Assembly (NCBI GenBank): GCA_035630655.1
Contig: DASQKG010000103.1
Location: 1-49,890 of the forward strand
Source: Pyrinomonadaceae bacterium
GTDB lineage: Bacteria; Acidobacteriota; Blastocatellia; Pyrinomonadales; Pyrinomonadaceae
Reading direction: 5' to 3'
Length of the DNA: 49,890 nt
Shown here piece after piece: positions 16,389 through 23,678 of this stretch; position 1 is the stretch's first letter, and each line of letters opens with the position of its first letter. A program made the position numbers and the translations under genes. The notes beneath the pieces were generated by a model, which searched no databases, was not told the origin of the DNA, and was given only the letters and a program-made list of their open reading frames with translations.

Positions 16389-16488
16389 ACGATTTTCCAT
16401 TTCTGATTTCTCATTTTCCATTTAAGAGCAGCCACTGGTTTGGCTGCGATGACAACTGAGAAATGACAAATGATAAATGGAAAATCGT
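16389..16488. repeat. Family H long hairpin (ttttccattt-rich arms)
   Basis: acgattttccatttctgatttctcattttccattt pairs imperfectly with gagaaatgacaaatgataaatggaaaatcgt. The apical hairpin is gcagcc-actggttt-ggctgc. Confidence 0.8.
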
Positions 16489-16570
16489 CTCCGTCGCCCT
16501 TCCCTTATTCGTTGACTTGAAAAAGGACAGGCCGACAAGCGTTATCCAGGTGCGTAAACGAAGAAACCGT

Positions 16571-16645
16571 CCGTTTAGAATGCGGACTTGTCCGCCGGAC
16601 CTAATGGCCAATGTGGACCTGCGCACAAGTGCGCAATCTAAACGG
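16571..16645. repeat. Family D element, copy 2
   Basis: ccgtttaga...tctaaacgg outer stem encloses gcggac-tt-gtccgc and gcgcac-aa-gtgcgc. It ends 8 nt from the rhodanese stop. Confidence 0.85.
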
Positions 16646-16652
16646 TTCCCCA

Positions 16653-16997
16653 TTAATACTTCGGTACGCTGGGATCCACTTCATTCGACCAGGCGGTAAT
16701 CCCACCTTTGAGATTTAGTAAATTGCCGGAAAACCCGGAACGCTTCAGTGCATCGATGGCTCGTGCGCTGCGCCCGCCCATCTTGCAATGAACCACAGTC
16801 TCGCGGTTTGGATCGATCTCCGAACTTCGGTCCAGAACCTGGGCCAGCGGAATGTGGATCGAATTCGGAATCTTTGCGACTGCGACTTCGTTCGCTTCAC
16901 GCACGTCGACGATCTGAATGTCGTCACCGTTGTCGAGACGCTGTTTGAGTTCGGTGGCACTAATCTCCTGCATGGGCTGAGTAACTGCTGGGTTCAT
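16653..16997 (-). CDS. Single-domain rhodanese sulfurtransferase
   Basis: Active site HCKMGGRSARA. The whole protein aligns by eye with the C-terminal domain of the 9541-10992 fusion (ATELK.RLD.GDDIQI.DVRE.NE...GGITAWSN.VDPSV.KY). Confidence 0.87.
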   Translation of the reverse strand: MNPAVTQPMQEISATELKQRLDNGDDIQIVDVREANEVAVAKIPNSIHIPLAQVLDRSSEIDPNRETVVHCKMGGRSARAIDALKRSGFSGNLLNLKGGITAWSNEVDPSVPKY

Positions 16998-17027
16998 GAT
17001 TCCTCCAGGTATTTGTTTGTTTACGAA

Positions 17028-17053
17028 TTGTAGGACAGGCGTTCTTGCGTGTC
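17028..17053. repeat. Family B singleton, degenerate
   Basis: ttgtaggacaggcgttcttgcgtgtc shares the ttgtaggacagg head. The stem is eroded. Confidence 0.6.
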
Positions 17054-17085
17054 ACTCGCAGGCACGAGTCGGGGCTTCGGCAACC

Positions 17086-17183
17086 TGTCCGGCACACTTC
17101 AGTTTGTCGATGTTTGGCAGGAGATTGTGTGAGCTTGCATAGTCCCAACTTCAACACGACAAACTAATAAAGTGTGTCGGACA
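17086..17183. repeat. Imperfect ~24-bp inverted repeat
   Basis: tgtccggcacacttcagtttgtcg (17086-17109) against cgacaaactaataaagtgtgtcggaca (17157-17183). Confidence 0.7.
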
Positions 17184-17245
17184 TAGGAGGGGCGCATGCT
17201 ACACTTTCGTTGCTAGCTCCAATCTGAATTCAATCGCCAACAGAC

Positions 17246-18265
17246 ATGCGTTTTGAGTTTTATCATCCCGGTATCGACGATGTGCCGAAGCTATCCGTTG
17301 ACGGCACAGTAGCAAACAGCGTCCACTTTTCTCACTGGGAAGGAAACGAAACCCCTGCCGAGCTCAAAGCCGACACATCAACGGAAATCGCTTTGAACCT
17401 CGTTGCTTCGCCCAAAAAACTTGAATTCACACGTGGCATCGAGCTGGTCACCAATAATCATTTTGATACCGACGGAATACTTTCTGTTTGGACCGTGCTT
17501 ACCGGTGAACGCGCACTGGAGCTACGCGAAAAGTTGATCCCGGCGGCTGAGGCCGGAGACTTTTGCGAGTTCAAAAGCGAGGCTGGGGTCAAGGCCAGCA
17601 TTGTTATACAGGGCGCAGACCAGGCTGCTCCCAGTGACGAACCGGGATCCCCAATCGCTTCCTATCTTGCCGAGGAAAAAGTCGACGACGATGCGCGCGC
17701 GTATGACCTCGTCCTTCCTGAAGTCGAACGCATTCTGACCAGCACAGACGACTACGAACATCTTTGGCGCGACCCGTGGGAGAAAATAGCCAGGGCAATG
17801 GACAGCTTTGCACGAGGCGCGAGCGCGGTCACTGAATTCCCGGATGCCTCGCTCTCCCTCGTCAATCTGGCTCCCGACGTCTTCGGTCCAAATGGTTTTG
17901 ATCCGGCGCAACATGCAGCGCCTTACACCGTAGTCTCCCAATATGCAAAGGGCCGTCTGTTCCTGATTGCAACTCCACTGAAGGACGGTTGGGCTTATCG
18001 CATCGACTATCCTTACTATTCGTGGGCCGAGACAGTGGTCCGACCGCGGGTTGAACGCCGTGACTTCTCAGAGCTTCTGGACCAATTGAACCAAGAGAAA
18101 ACCCGAGGTTACTGGAAGTTGGATAACAGAGAAATGACCTCGGCGATAAAGTTTTTGGATGCTGAGGGCAAACTCGCTGCTTCAAGTTTGCAGCCTGACG
18201 ACGTTGCGAGCAGCATCCGCGCAGTTTTGTTGGCCCAAACGCCGGCAAAAAGTCTCCATGCATGA
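17246..18265 (+). CDS. Conserved hypothetical protein, 339 aa
   Basis: Long ORF with even coding-like composition. Its stop overlaps the next gene's start (ATGCATGA). I cannot name a family. NNHFDTDGILS is only vaguely DHH-like. Confidence 0.6.
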   Translation: MRFEFYHPGIDDVPKLSVDGTVANSVHFSHWEGNETPAELKADTSTEIALNLVASPKKLEFTRGIELVTNNHFDTDGILSVWTVLTGERALELREKLIPAAEAGDFCEFKSEAGVKASIVIQGADQAAPSDEPGSPIASYLAEEKVDDDARAYDLVLPEVERILTSTDDYEHLWRDPWEKIARAMDSFARGASAVTEFPDASLSLVNLAPDVFGPNGFDPAQHAAPYTVVSQYAKGRLFLIATPLKDGWAYRIDYPYYSWAETVVRPRVERRDFSELLDQLNQEKTRGYWKLDNREMTSAIKFLDAEGKLAASSLQPDDVASSIRAVLLAQTPAKSLHA

Positions 18266-19178
18266 CGTGATTATCATTGGCGCCGGACCCGCGGGCATCT
18301 CAGCGGCGCTCTGGTGCGATGAGCTGGGCCTCGACACGCTCGTGCTGGAAAAGAACGAACGAGTGGGGGGCCAACTTCATTCCATTCACGGACCAATTGC
18401 GAATTACCCGGGGGTTTGCGCAACGAATGGGGCAGAGTTTCTGGACAAGTTTTCCGAGCATGTGGATGATGCCGACTTCGATTTGTGGACCGGAGTTGAA
18501 ATTGAAAGCGTTGACCTGAGGGCCAAAAAAATCGGGCTGCGCAGTGGCGAGCAACTCCAGTCGATCTCGATTTTCGTGGCCACGGGAGTAAGGCGCCGGC
18601 AGCTTGGTATTCCGGGAGAGGCGGAGTTTGCGGGACGTGGGATTATCGAGTCACCGACGAGAGACCGCGATAAGTTTGCCGGTCACGATGTTTGCGTTAT
18701 TGGCGGCGGAGATGCTGCCGCAGAGAATGCATTGTTACTTGCCGAGGTCTGTCCCACTGTGACCGTCGTCCATCGCAGTAAGAATTTAAAAGCTCGGCGT
18801 GAGTTTGCCGACAGGCTCAAGACCGAACATTCTATTACCGTGTTCTCCGAAGCGGTCGTTACCCAAATTCTCGGGAATGATGAAGTTGAAGCAGTTGAGA
18901 TTCGACGCAAGGATGCGCTGAAGCCTTTTCAGATGGCTGTGCGCGGCGTGGCTGTTCGCATTGGCGTTGAGCCAAACACTGAAATCATTCAAGGGCAGGT
19001 CGATATGGATCAGCTCGGTTACGTTGTTGTGACGAGCCAACAGGAGACGACGGTGGCGAATGTGTTTGCTATCGGCGATGTGTCCAATCCTGTGGCGCCC
19101 ACAATTAGCGGCGCGACTGGTGCGGGCGCCACAGCTGTGAAGGTAATTGCCGCCCGTTTGCAAGGCCGTGAGCGATGA
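18258..19178 (+). CDS. Thioredoxin-reductase-like FAD/NAD(P) oxidoreductase lacking the CxxC redox disulfide
   Basis: MHDVIIIGAGPAGISAA (FAD GxGxxG), VCVIGGGDAAAE (NAD(P) site) and FAIGDV are present. The position of TrxB's CATC reads ESPTRDRDKF. ATG is at 18258; the ORF track runs from 18159. Confidence 0.8.
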   Translation: MHDVIIIGAGPAGISAALWCDELGLDTLVLEKNERVGGQLHSIHGPIANYPGVCATNGAEFLDKFSEHVDDADFDLWTGVEIESVDLRAKKIGLRSGEQLQSISIFVATGVRRRQLGIPGEAEFAGRGIIESPTRDRDKFAGHDVCVIGGGDAAAENALLLAEVCPTVTVVHRSKNLKARREFADRLKTEHSITVFSEAVVTQILGNDEVEAVEIRRKDALKPFQMAVRGVAVRIGVEPNTEIIQGQVDMDQLGYVVVTSQQETTVANVFAIGDVSNPVAPTISGATGAGATAVKVIAARLQGRER

Positions 19179-19192
19179 AGTAGAACGATCCC

Positions 19193-19352
19193 GGCTTTGC
19201 CGCCCTCCGTGCGGAAAGGCTCAGCCTTTCCGGAAGCCGATAACAAGATGTGAGGCTATGCCTCTAACCAGAACTGGAGGCATAGCCTCAAGGAAATAGT
19301 CATAATTGTCGGAAAGGCTGAGCCTTTCCGCACGGCTTGCGGCAAAGCCGCC
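19193..19352. repeat. Family A palindromic element, copy 2
   Basis: Same architecture as copy 1. Outer stem ggctttgccgc / gcggcaaagcc. Hairpins cggaaaggc-tca-gcctttccg, gaggc-tat-gcctc, gaggc-ata-gcctc and cggaaaggc-tga-gcctttccg. Both stem halves are changed relative to copy 1. Confidence 0.9.
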
Positions 19353-19383
19353 GGAACCGTGGTTTTTCATTCGTTGGTTGAAT

Positions 19384-19839
19384 ATGAATACAAAGACTAT
19401 TGAACCCCTCGCGCACGATCAGCCCTACACCGACGATCACATCGCGGCGTATCCGGTTGAATACATTGCCGGCATCGATCTCTACAATGCCGGAGAGTTT
19501 CATGCTGCTCACGACGTTTGGGAAGAACGCTGGATGGGTGAAGTTGGCCCACAGGAAAAGCTTTTCCTGCAGGCTATGATTCAGTCAGCGGTTGCATTTC
19601 ATCATCTTGAAATCGGACGACCGGGCGCCGCTCGTCAGATGTATACACGGGCAAAGGAAAAGTTTGAGAAGTTGGGAACCAACGTTTTCATGTCACTGGA
19701 TCTGATCAAGTACCAGCAGCAACTCGATTGTTGTCTTTCGTGGTTATTGACTGCGGCCGATCCGCGCGAGTTAACGCCGCCGCAGATTGAGCCTCCACGG
19801 ATATCGCTACTGCGCGAACTCTCCGACTACGATTCATGA
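19384..19839 (+). CDS. DUF309 domain protein
   Basis: GIDLYNAGEFHAAHDVWEERW...FLQAMIQSAVAFHH matches the DUF309 pattern. ATG is at 19384; the upstream part of the ORF runs through a repeat element. Confidence 0.7.
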   Translation: MNTKTIEPLAHDQPYTDDHIAAYPVEYIAGIDLYNAGEFHAAHDVWEERWMGEVGPQEKLFLQAMIQSAVAFHHLEIGRPGAARQMYTRAKEKFEKLGTNVFMSLDLIKYQQQLDCCLSWLLTAADPRELTPPQIEPPRISLLRELSDYDS

Positions 19840-20342
19840 GTCACATACTCAATAAGGTAAGAGTGTTACTGATCGGAGCATGGCTTGGCGCGGCTATATT
19901 TTTCAGTGCTGCCGTCGCTCCCAGCGCGTTTGCTGTTTTGAGATCTTTCAATGTGCCTAATGCAACTGAGATTGCCGGCGGGATTGTCAATCGCACTCTT
20001 TCGGTTGTGAATACGTCAGGGTTTTTCATTAGCCTGCTGTCCATCGTCGCCGCTGTCGTCGTTCGAAAGAGATATGGCGTGCGGGCTTTCGTAGTTCAAC
20101 TGATGCTGCTGGCGGTGATGGCTCTTGCGACCGGAATTGGCCAATGGGTAATAGCCGCTAGAATGCGCGCGCTCCGTCAAGCGGTGGGAATTCCTATCGA
20201 ACAGGTATCTCTGGCGGACGCTAATCGAGTAGCCTTCGCAGCGTTGCACAGCTATTCTGTCGTGGCGCTTTCTATTGCTATTATTGCCGGCCTAATCGCT
20301 TTCTTTATCGTGAGTAATCGGGTGGAGGCAGGAAGGGACTGA
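19836..20342 (+). CDS. Integral membrane protein (DUF4149/TMEM205-like)
   Basis: Four hydrophobic segments. ATGA overlap with the DUF309 gene. The family call is tentative. Confidence 0.55.
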   Translation: MSHILNKVRVLLIGAWLGAAIFFSAAVAPSAFAVLRSFNVPNATEIAGGIVNRTLSVVNTSGFFISLLSIVAAVVVRKRYGVRAFVVQLMLLAVMALATGIGQWVIAARMRALRQAVGIPIEQVSLADANRVAFAALHSYSVVALSIAIIAGLIAFFIVSNRVEAGRD

Positions 20343-20343
20343 C

Positions 20344-21153
20344 TTGGAGATCATCGAGCATCTAGAGGAATGGCGCAGGAGCTACAGCGACTGGGAAAAC
20401 AGGAACAACGCGTCGGCTGACGACATTGACGAATCCTATCCTTTCGTGAAGAACCGGCGGGCTCCGTTCGCGCCCGCACGGCGCGCATTGCCGATGATGA
20501 ATCTGGCCCTTATTTCATCAGCCGGAGCCTATATCGATGGGACCGATCCTTTCGATACTTCGGCGCCGGGGGGCGATCTTAGTTTTCGGGAAATCCCAGC
20601 CCAGATTGAAGCGGGAGACTTGAAGTTTGCCGCACGCAGTTACAATCCAGCAGCAACCGAACAGGACATCAATTCGCAGTTGCCGCTCGCGCGTTTGTTT
20701 GAATTTGAAAGCAATGGGATCATCGGCCAGCTCAACCCGGTGTTTTGGAGTTTCTGCGGCTTCATACCGGATGCCGCAAGACTGGCGGAAGAAATGGCGC
20801 CGCGTCTGGTTGAGAGTGTCAGACGATATCAGGCGCAGGCGGCTCTGCTGATTCCTGCGTCCAGGCTTTGCCATCAGTCGGTCTCTTTAATCGCGCGTGC
20901 GCTCGAGGACGACGGGATTCCTACCATGACTCTGGCGGTGGCACAGGACGTGGTGCAAAGTGTACGGCCTCCTCGTGCAGCATATTACGCGGGCGAACTC
21001 GGCAGCGTTGCCGGCCTGCCAAACTGGCCTGAGTATCAGCGGCGCGTTCTCGACGAGGCGCTGCGGTTAATCGAGCCCATGGACCAACCGGGTATACGGA
21101 AGCTCGCAGTCGAGATGGAAACTAAAGTGGAAAAGGCGCGCGGCGAAAGATAG
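20344..21153 (+). CDS. Glycine/sarcosine/betaine reductase selenoprotein-B-like (GRDB family) protein, Cys (non-Sec) form
   Basis: GDLSFREIP, DINSQLPLARLFEFESNGIIGQL and LLIPASRLCHQS...DDGIPTMTL follow the GRDB-family pattern as I recall it. TTG start lies 1 nt after the preceding stop. No in-frame TGA. Confidence 0.6.
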   Translation: MEIIEHLEEWRRSYSDWENRNNASADDIDESYPFVKNRRAPFAPARRALPMMNLALISSAGAYIDGTDPFDTSAPGGDLSFREIPAQIEAGDLKFAARSYNPAATEQDINSQLPLARLFEFESNGIIGQLNPVFWSFCGFIPDAARLAEEMAPRLVESVRRYQAQAALLIPASRLCHQSVSLIARALEDDGIPTMTLAVAQDVVQSVRPPRAAYYAGELGSVAGLPNWPEYQRRVLDEALRLIEPMDQPGIRKLAVEMETKVEKARGER

Positions 21154-21182
21154 ACCACCCAGACTGACCCTTCAGTCTCCCA

Positions 21183-22253
21183 ATGAAAAAACTCTTACGC
21201 CCCCTCATCGTTGTCCTCGGCTTGGTGATCCTTTATCTGCTCCTGTGGCCAGTTCCTATATCGCCCGTGGCCTGGAACCCTCCGCCTGCCCCAGCTTTGA
21301 CCGGACCCTATCAACAGAACTCATTGCTTTCACCGGTGGAGCGATTGTCTCTCGGCGAAGGATTCGCACCTGAGGATGTGGCCATCGATGCTGAGCATCG
21401 TATCTATGCGGGAATGGACGACGGACGTATCGTGCGTGTTCAGGCAGATGGATCCAGGCATGAAGTTTTCGCTAACACACGCGGCCGGCCGCTGGGTTTA
21501 ATCTTTGATTCAAACGGTAATCTGATCGTGGCCGATGCAATCAGGGGTTTACTCTCGATCGCGAAGGACGGCACCGCTAGTGTTTTAAGCACCGAGGCGG
21601 ATGGCGTCCCTTTCAAATGCACTAACGATCTCGATGTGGGAGCGGATGGAACGGTTTATTTCACCGACGCGTCAAGCAAGTTTCCCCTCACCAATTACAA
21701 GGCAGATCTGCTGGAACACCGTGGAAATGGACGCCTCTTAGCTTACGATCCCAAAACTAAAGCCACACGGACGTTGTTAAAAGATCTTAGTTTCGCGAAT
21801 GGAGTCGCCGTTAGCCCGGACGGGTCGTTTGTTCTGGCGGTTGAGACTGCAGAGTATCGAATACATCGTGTCTGGCTCAGCGGACCAAAGGCCGGCCAAA
21901 CAGAAATCTTCATCGACAACTTGCCCGGCTTTCCAGATGGCATCTCCTCAAACCGCCGGGACAAATTCTGGCTGGCGCTAGTCACCCCGCGCGATAAAAC
22001 GCTGGACAGGCTGCTCCCCTATCCATACCTGCGAAAAGTTGTGTTGCGTCTGCCTACATTCCTACAGCCCGCCCCCAAGCGATATAGCTTTGTGTTAGGA
22101 CTGGACGGGAATGGAAAGGTCGTCGAAAACCTGCAAGACGGCTCACCGCAGTGTTATGCCCAAATCGCCAACGCCGTGGAACACAACGGCTCGCTTTACT
22201 TCGGCAGCATTGGTGAAAGCACCGTTGGCCGCTACCAGCTTGCTGCCCGCTAG
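21183..22253 (+). CDS. Strictosidine-synthase-like / SMP-30-type beta-propeller protein, N-terminal membrane anchor
   Basis: N-terminal TM segment LIVVLGLVILYLLLW. FTDASSKF...GRLLAYDPKT....LL..L.FANGVAVSPDGSFVLV.ET...R..R.WL.G is typical of strictosidine-synthase-like proteins. Confidence 0.75.
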   Translation: MKKLLRPLIVVLGLVILYLLLWPVPISPVAWNPPPAPALTGPYQQNSLLSPVERLSLGEGFAPEDVAIDAEHRIYAGMDDGRIVRVQADGSRHEVFANTRGRPLGLIFDSNGNLIVADAIRGLLSIAKDGTASVLSTEADGVPFKCTNDLDVGADGTVYFTDASSKFPLTNYKADLLEHRGNGRLLAYDPKTKATRTLLKDLSFANGVAVSPDGSFVLAVETAEYRIHRVWLSGPKAGQTEIFIDNLPGFPDGISSNRRDKFWLALVTPRDKTLDRLLPYPYLRKVVLRLPTFLQPAPKRYSFVLGLDGNGKVVENLQDGSPQCYAQIANAVEHNGSLYFGSIGESTVGRYQLAAR

Positions 22254-22480
22254 TGGTCCTCATTGATTTCGAAACCCTCTACGAACCTCGTAATAAAACA
22301 TCTGAAAAAGCGATTTGGATGATAATATCCTCCGCATCCGAGCTCAGGGAGTCCTGGAAAAACATTCTTGTGTTTTTCTCTTCACCCGCGTCCCATAGTG
22401 CCGGCTGAGCAACCAAGACGCCGTCGACCTGGGACAACGGAGACGCGTTTTATACCTAGATCTAGAAGCCACTCACTGCC

Positions 22481-23137
22481 ATGACATTCAATTTCCTCAT
22501 CAGAGACTCACTGGCGTGGACTCTAATTTTCTTTACGCTAGTTGTCCTTGCCGTCTTCACTCAACTTACCAAGACCACCGTGTCGAGAGCGTTACCGGTC
22601 TTTCTGCGAGCACTGATCAAGGCGGCGCCGGCTATGTTCCTGGCGGGGCTCTGTTTTTACCTGGAGCTGCGCCTGGTCTCCCTGGCGTTCTTCTTGTGCG
22701 CACTGGGCGATATTCTTTTGGATCTTCCCGAAGATAAAGCTCCCCTTGCCTTCGAGCTTGGGGCGGTATCGTTTGCCGCGGCACTGGTCTGCTTCTCCAT
22801 TGCTAGTCTTGGCAAGCCGCTTCCGGGTCGGATACTCATGCCTCTGTCATTGACGAACATCGTGATAGCAGTTTTCGTCCTTCGATGGGTCCTTCCCAAA
22901 CTTAAAGGAGTTCAGCGCATAGTTGAGGCTTCCTATTTCGCCATCCTCATAGTTTCAAATGTCATCATGTCCACCTCTCAGGTTCCTATCTTTTTGGGAA
23001 GTTCTTTGTGGCTAATGTCTGATCTGTCCATTGGACTCAGTAGCCATGTTTCGAATACTCCCGCAAACAGCCTCGATACGCTTGGCCTATACGACCTTGG
23101 CCTCTACTTCCTCGCTATAGGATTTCTAAATCTCTGA
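22481..23137 (+). CDS. YhhN-family (lysoplasmalogenase-like) membrane protein
   Basis: Polytopic membrane protein with the two YhhN-type motifs LGDILLDL and MSDLSIGL. Confidence 0.6.
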   Translation: MTFNFLIRDSLAWTLIFFTLVVLAVFTQLTKTTVSRALPVFLRALIKAAPAMFLAGLCFYLELRLVSLAFFLCALGDILLDLPEDKAPLAFELGAVSFAAALVCFSIASLGKPLPGRILMPLSLTNIVIAVFVLRWVLPKLKGVQRIVEASYFAILIVSNVIMSTSQVPIFLGSSLWLMSDLSIGLSSHVSNTPANSLDTLGLYDLGLYFLAIGFLNL

Positions 23138-23187
23138 AACGCGAGCCAAGCGACACGACCTTTTGTGCAAAAGCGGATTCGTTGGTT

Positions 23188-23368
23188 ATGTGCAAAGAGC
23201 CGGCGTAGCCGACGAGTCAGAACCGGGAGCGGCGACCGGGTCGCCGCTGCCGTACGAAAAGCGATGATTTGTAGTAAGACTCGGGTCTTTTCTTACCAAC
23301 CGTGACCCGGTCGCTTCCGGTTCTGATACCGTTTCGCGAACCCCTTCATTCGACTCTTTGTGCAAGCC
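23188..23368. repeat. Composite long hairpin downstream of the YhhN gene
   Basis: Arms tcagaaccgggagcggcgaccgggtc (23217-23242) and gacccggtcgcttccggttctga (23304-23326). Outer pair gtgcaaagag / ctctttgtgca. Local hairpin agcggcga..tcgccgct. Confidence 0.8.
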
Positions 23369-23406
23369 GAATAGTTGAATAGTTGAATAGTTGAATAGTT
23401 GAATAC
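23369..23406. repeat. Tandem octamer repeat (gaatagtt) x4 plus a partial unit
   Basis: gaatagtt occurs at 23369, 23377, 23385 and 23393, then gaatac. The same octamer opens the family I element at 6070. Confidence 0.9.
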
Positions 23407-23481
23407 CAACTACACAGCTGTATACCTGCTTACCAGCCTCCGCGCCCCCTTAAAAGCCCTTACAAAAGATTTTGCTATTTC

Positions 23482-23502
23482 GTTGGATACCCGGTATCCA
23501 AC
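23482..23502. promoter_or_regulatory. Perfect 10-1-10 palindrome, candidate operator upstream of the type III PKS
   Basis: gttggatacc-c-ggtatccaac lies 177 nt upstream of ATG 23679. No similar sequence was noted elsewhere in the window. Confidence 0.35.
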
Positions 23503-23678
23503 TTGGCTAGTTGCCACTTTACGCCGGACCGCACTGTAAGTCGTCATTTCAATGAACTTAAGGAAGAGAATGCTCACAGAAGTCGCGTGGCACAGGCATT
23601 GATATGTACGTGAGTGAACAAACAAGCAGTAACCGCTAAGAGTAAGCGGGTCAGATCTCAGTTCCCCAGGGAGACACC

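Noticed and set aside
20344-21153. Selenocysteine recoding in the GRDB-like gene
   Set aside because: The ORF has no in-frame TGA, and a Cys (SRLCHQS) occupies the expected redox position. I noted no SECIS-like hairpin.
23410-23625. 71-aa minus-strand ORF in the gap upstream of the type III PKS
   Set aside because: It has no SD sequence and odd composition, and it spans the candidate operator and promoter region of the PKS. It is most likely non-coding.
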